Positions 20,931-20,951 of a DNA stretch of 20,951 nt are shown one piece after another (the stretch's first letter is position 1; the number at the start of each line of letters is the position of its first letter). The position numbers were made by a program, and so were the translations under genes. Source of the stretch: Octopus sinensis (Eukaryota); assembly GCF_006345805.1 (NCBI RefSeq), contig NW_021823911.1:1-20951 (forward strand). Direction: 5' to 3'. The notes under the pieces were generated by a model that did not search any database, was not told the DNA's origin, and saw only the letters and a program-made list of their open reading frames with translations.

Positions 20931-20951
20931 TATGCAGAGTATAAAAATGGA

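Overview
AT-rich, repeat-saturated eukaryotic non-coding DNA, probably intronic or intergenic. The repeat repertoire (tRNA-derived SINEs, (TATC)n/(TA)n/(AAT)n satellites) resembles an octopus/coleoid cephalopod genome; this is inferred from recalled repeat families, not from a search. No complete protein-coding gene is visible, and nearly all supplied ORFs are microsatellite or SINE artefacts. The window holds about five SINE-like families, four non-autonomous Helitrons, pogo-, piggyBac- and hAT-type MITEs, a decayed RTE-like LINE fragment split by a SINE with a 19-bp target-site duplication, and a ~486-bp tandem duplication. The most notable items are two hammerhead ribozyme motifs of Penelope-like type (17294-17388 + with an unusually long stem II; 18222-18256 - minimal variant). 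Also notable are a candidate ATG-containing exon on the minus strand (10740-10986) with a dense CAGATG E-box cluster upstream, and several inverted SINE pairs that could form dsRNA.
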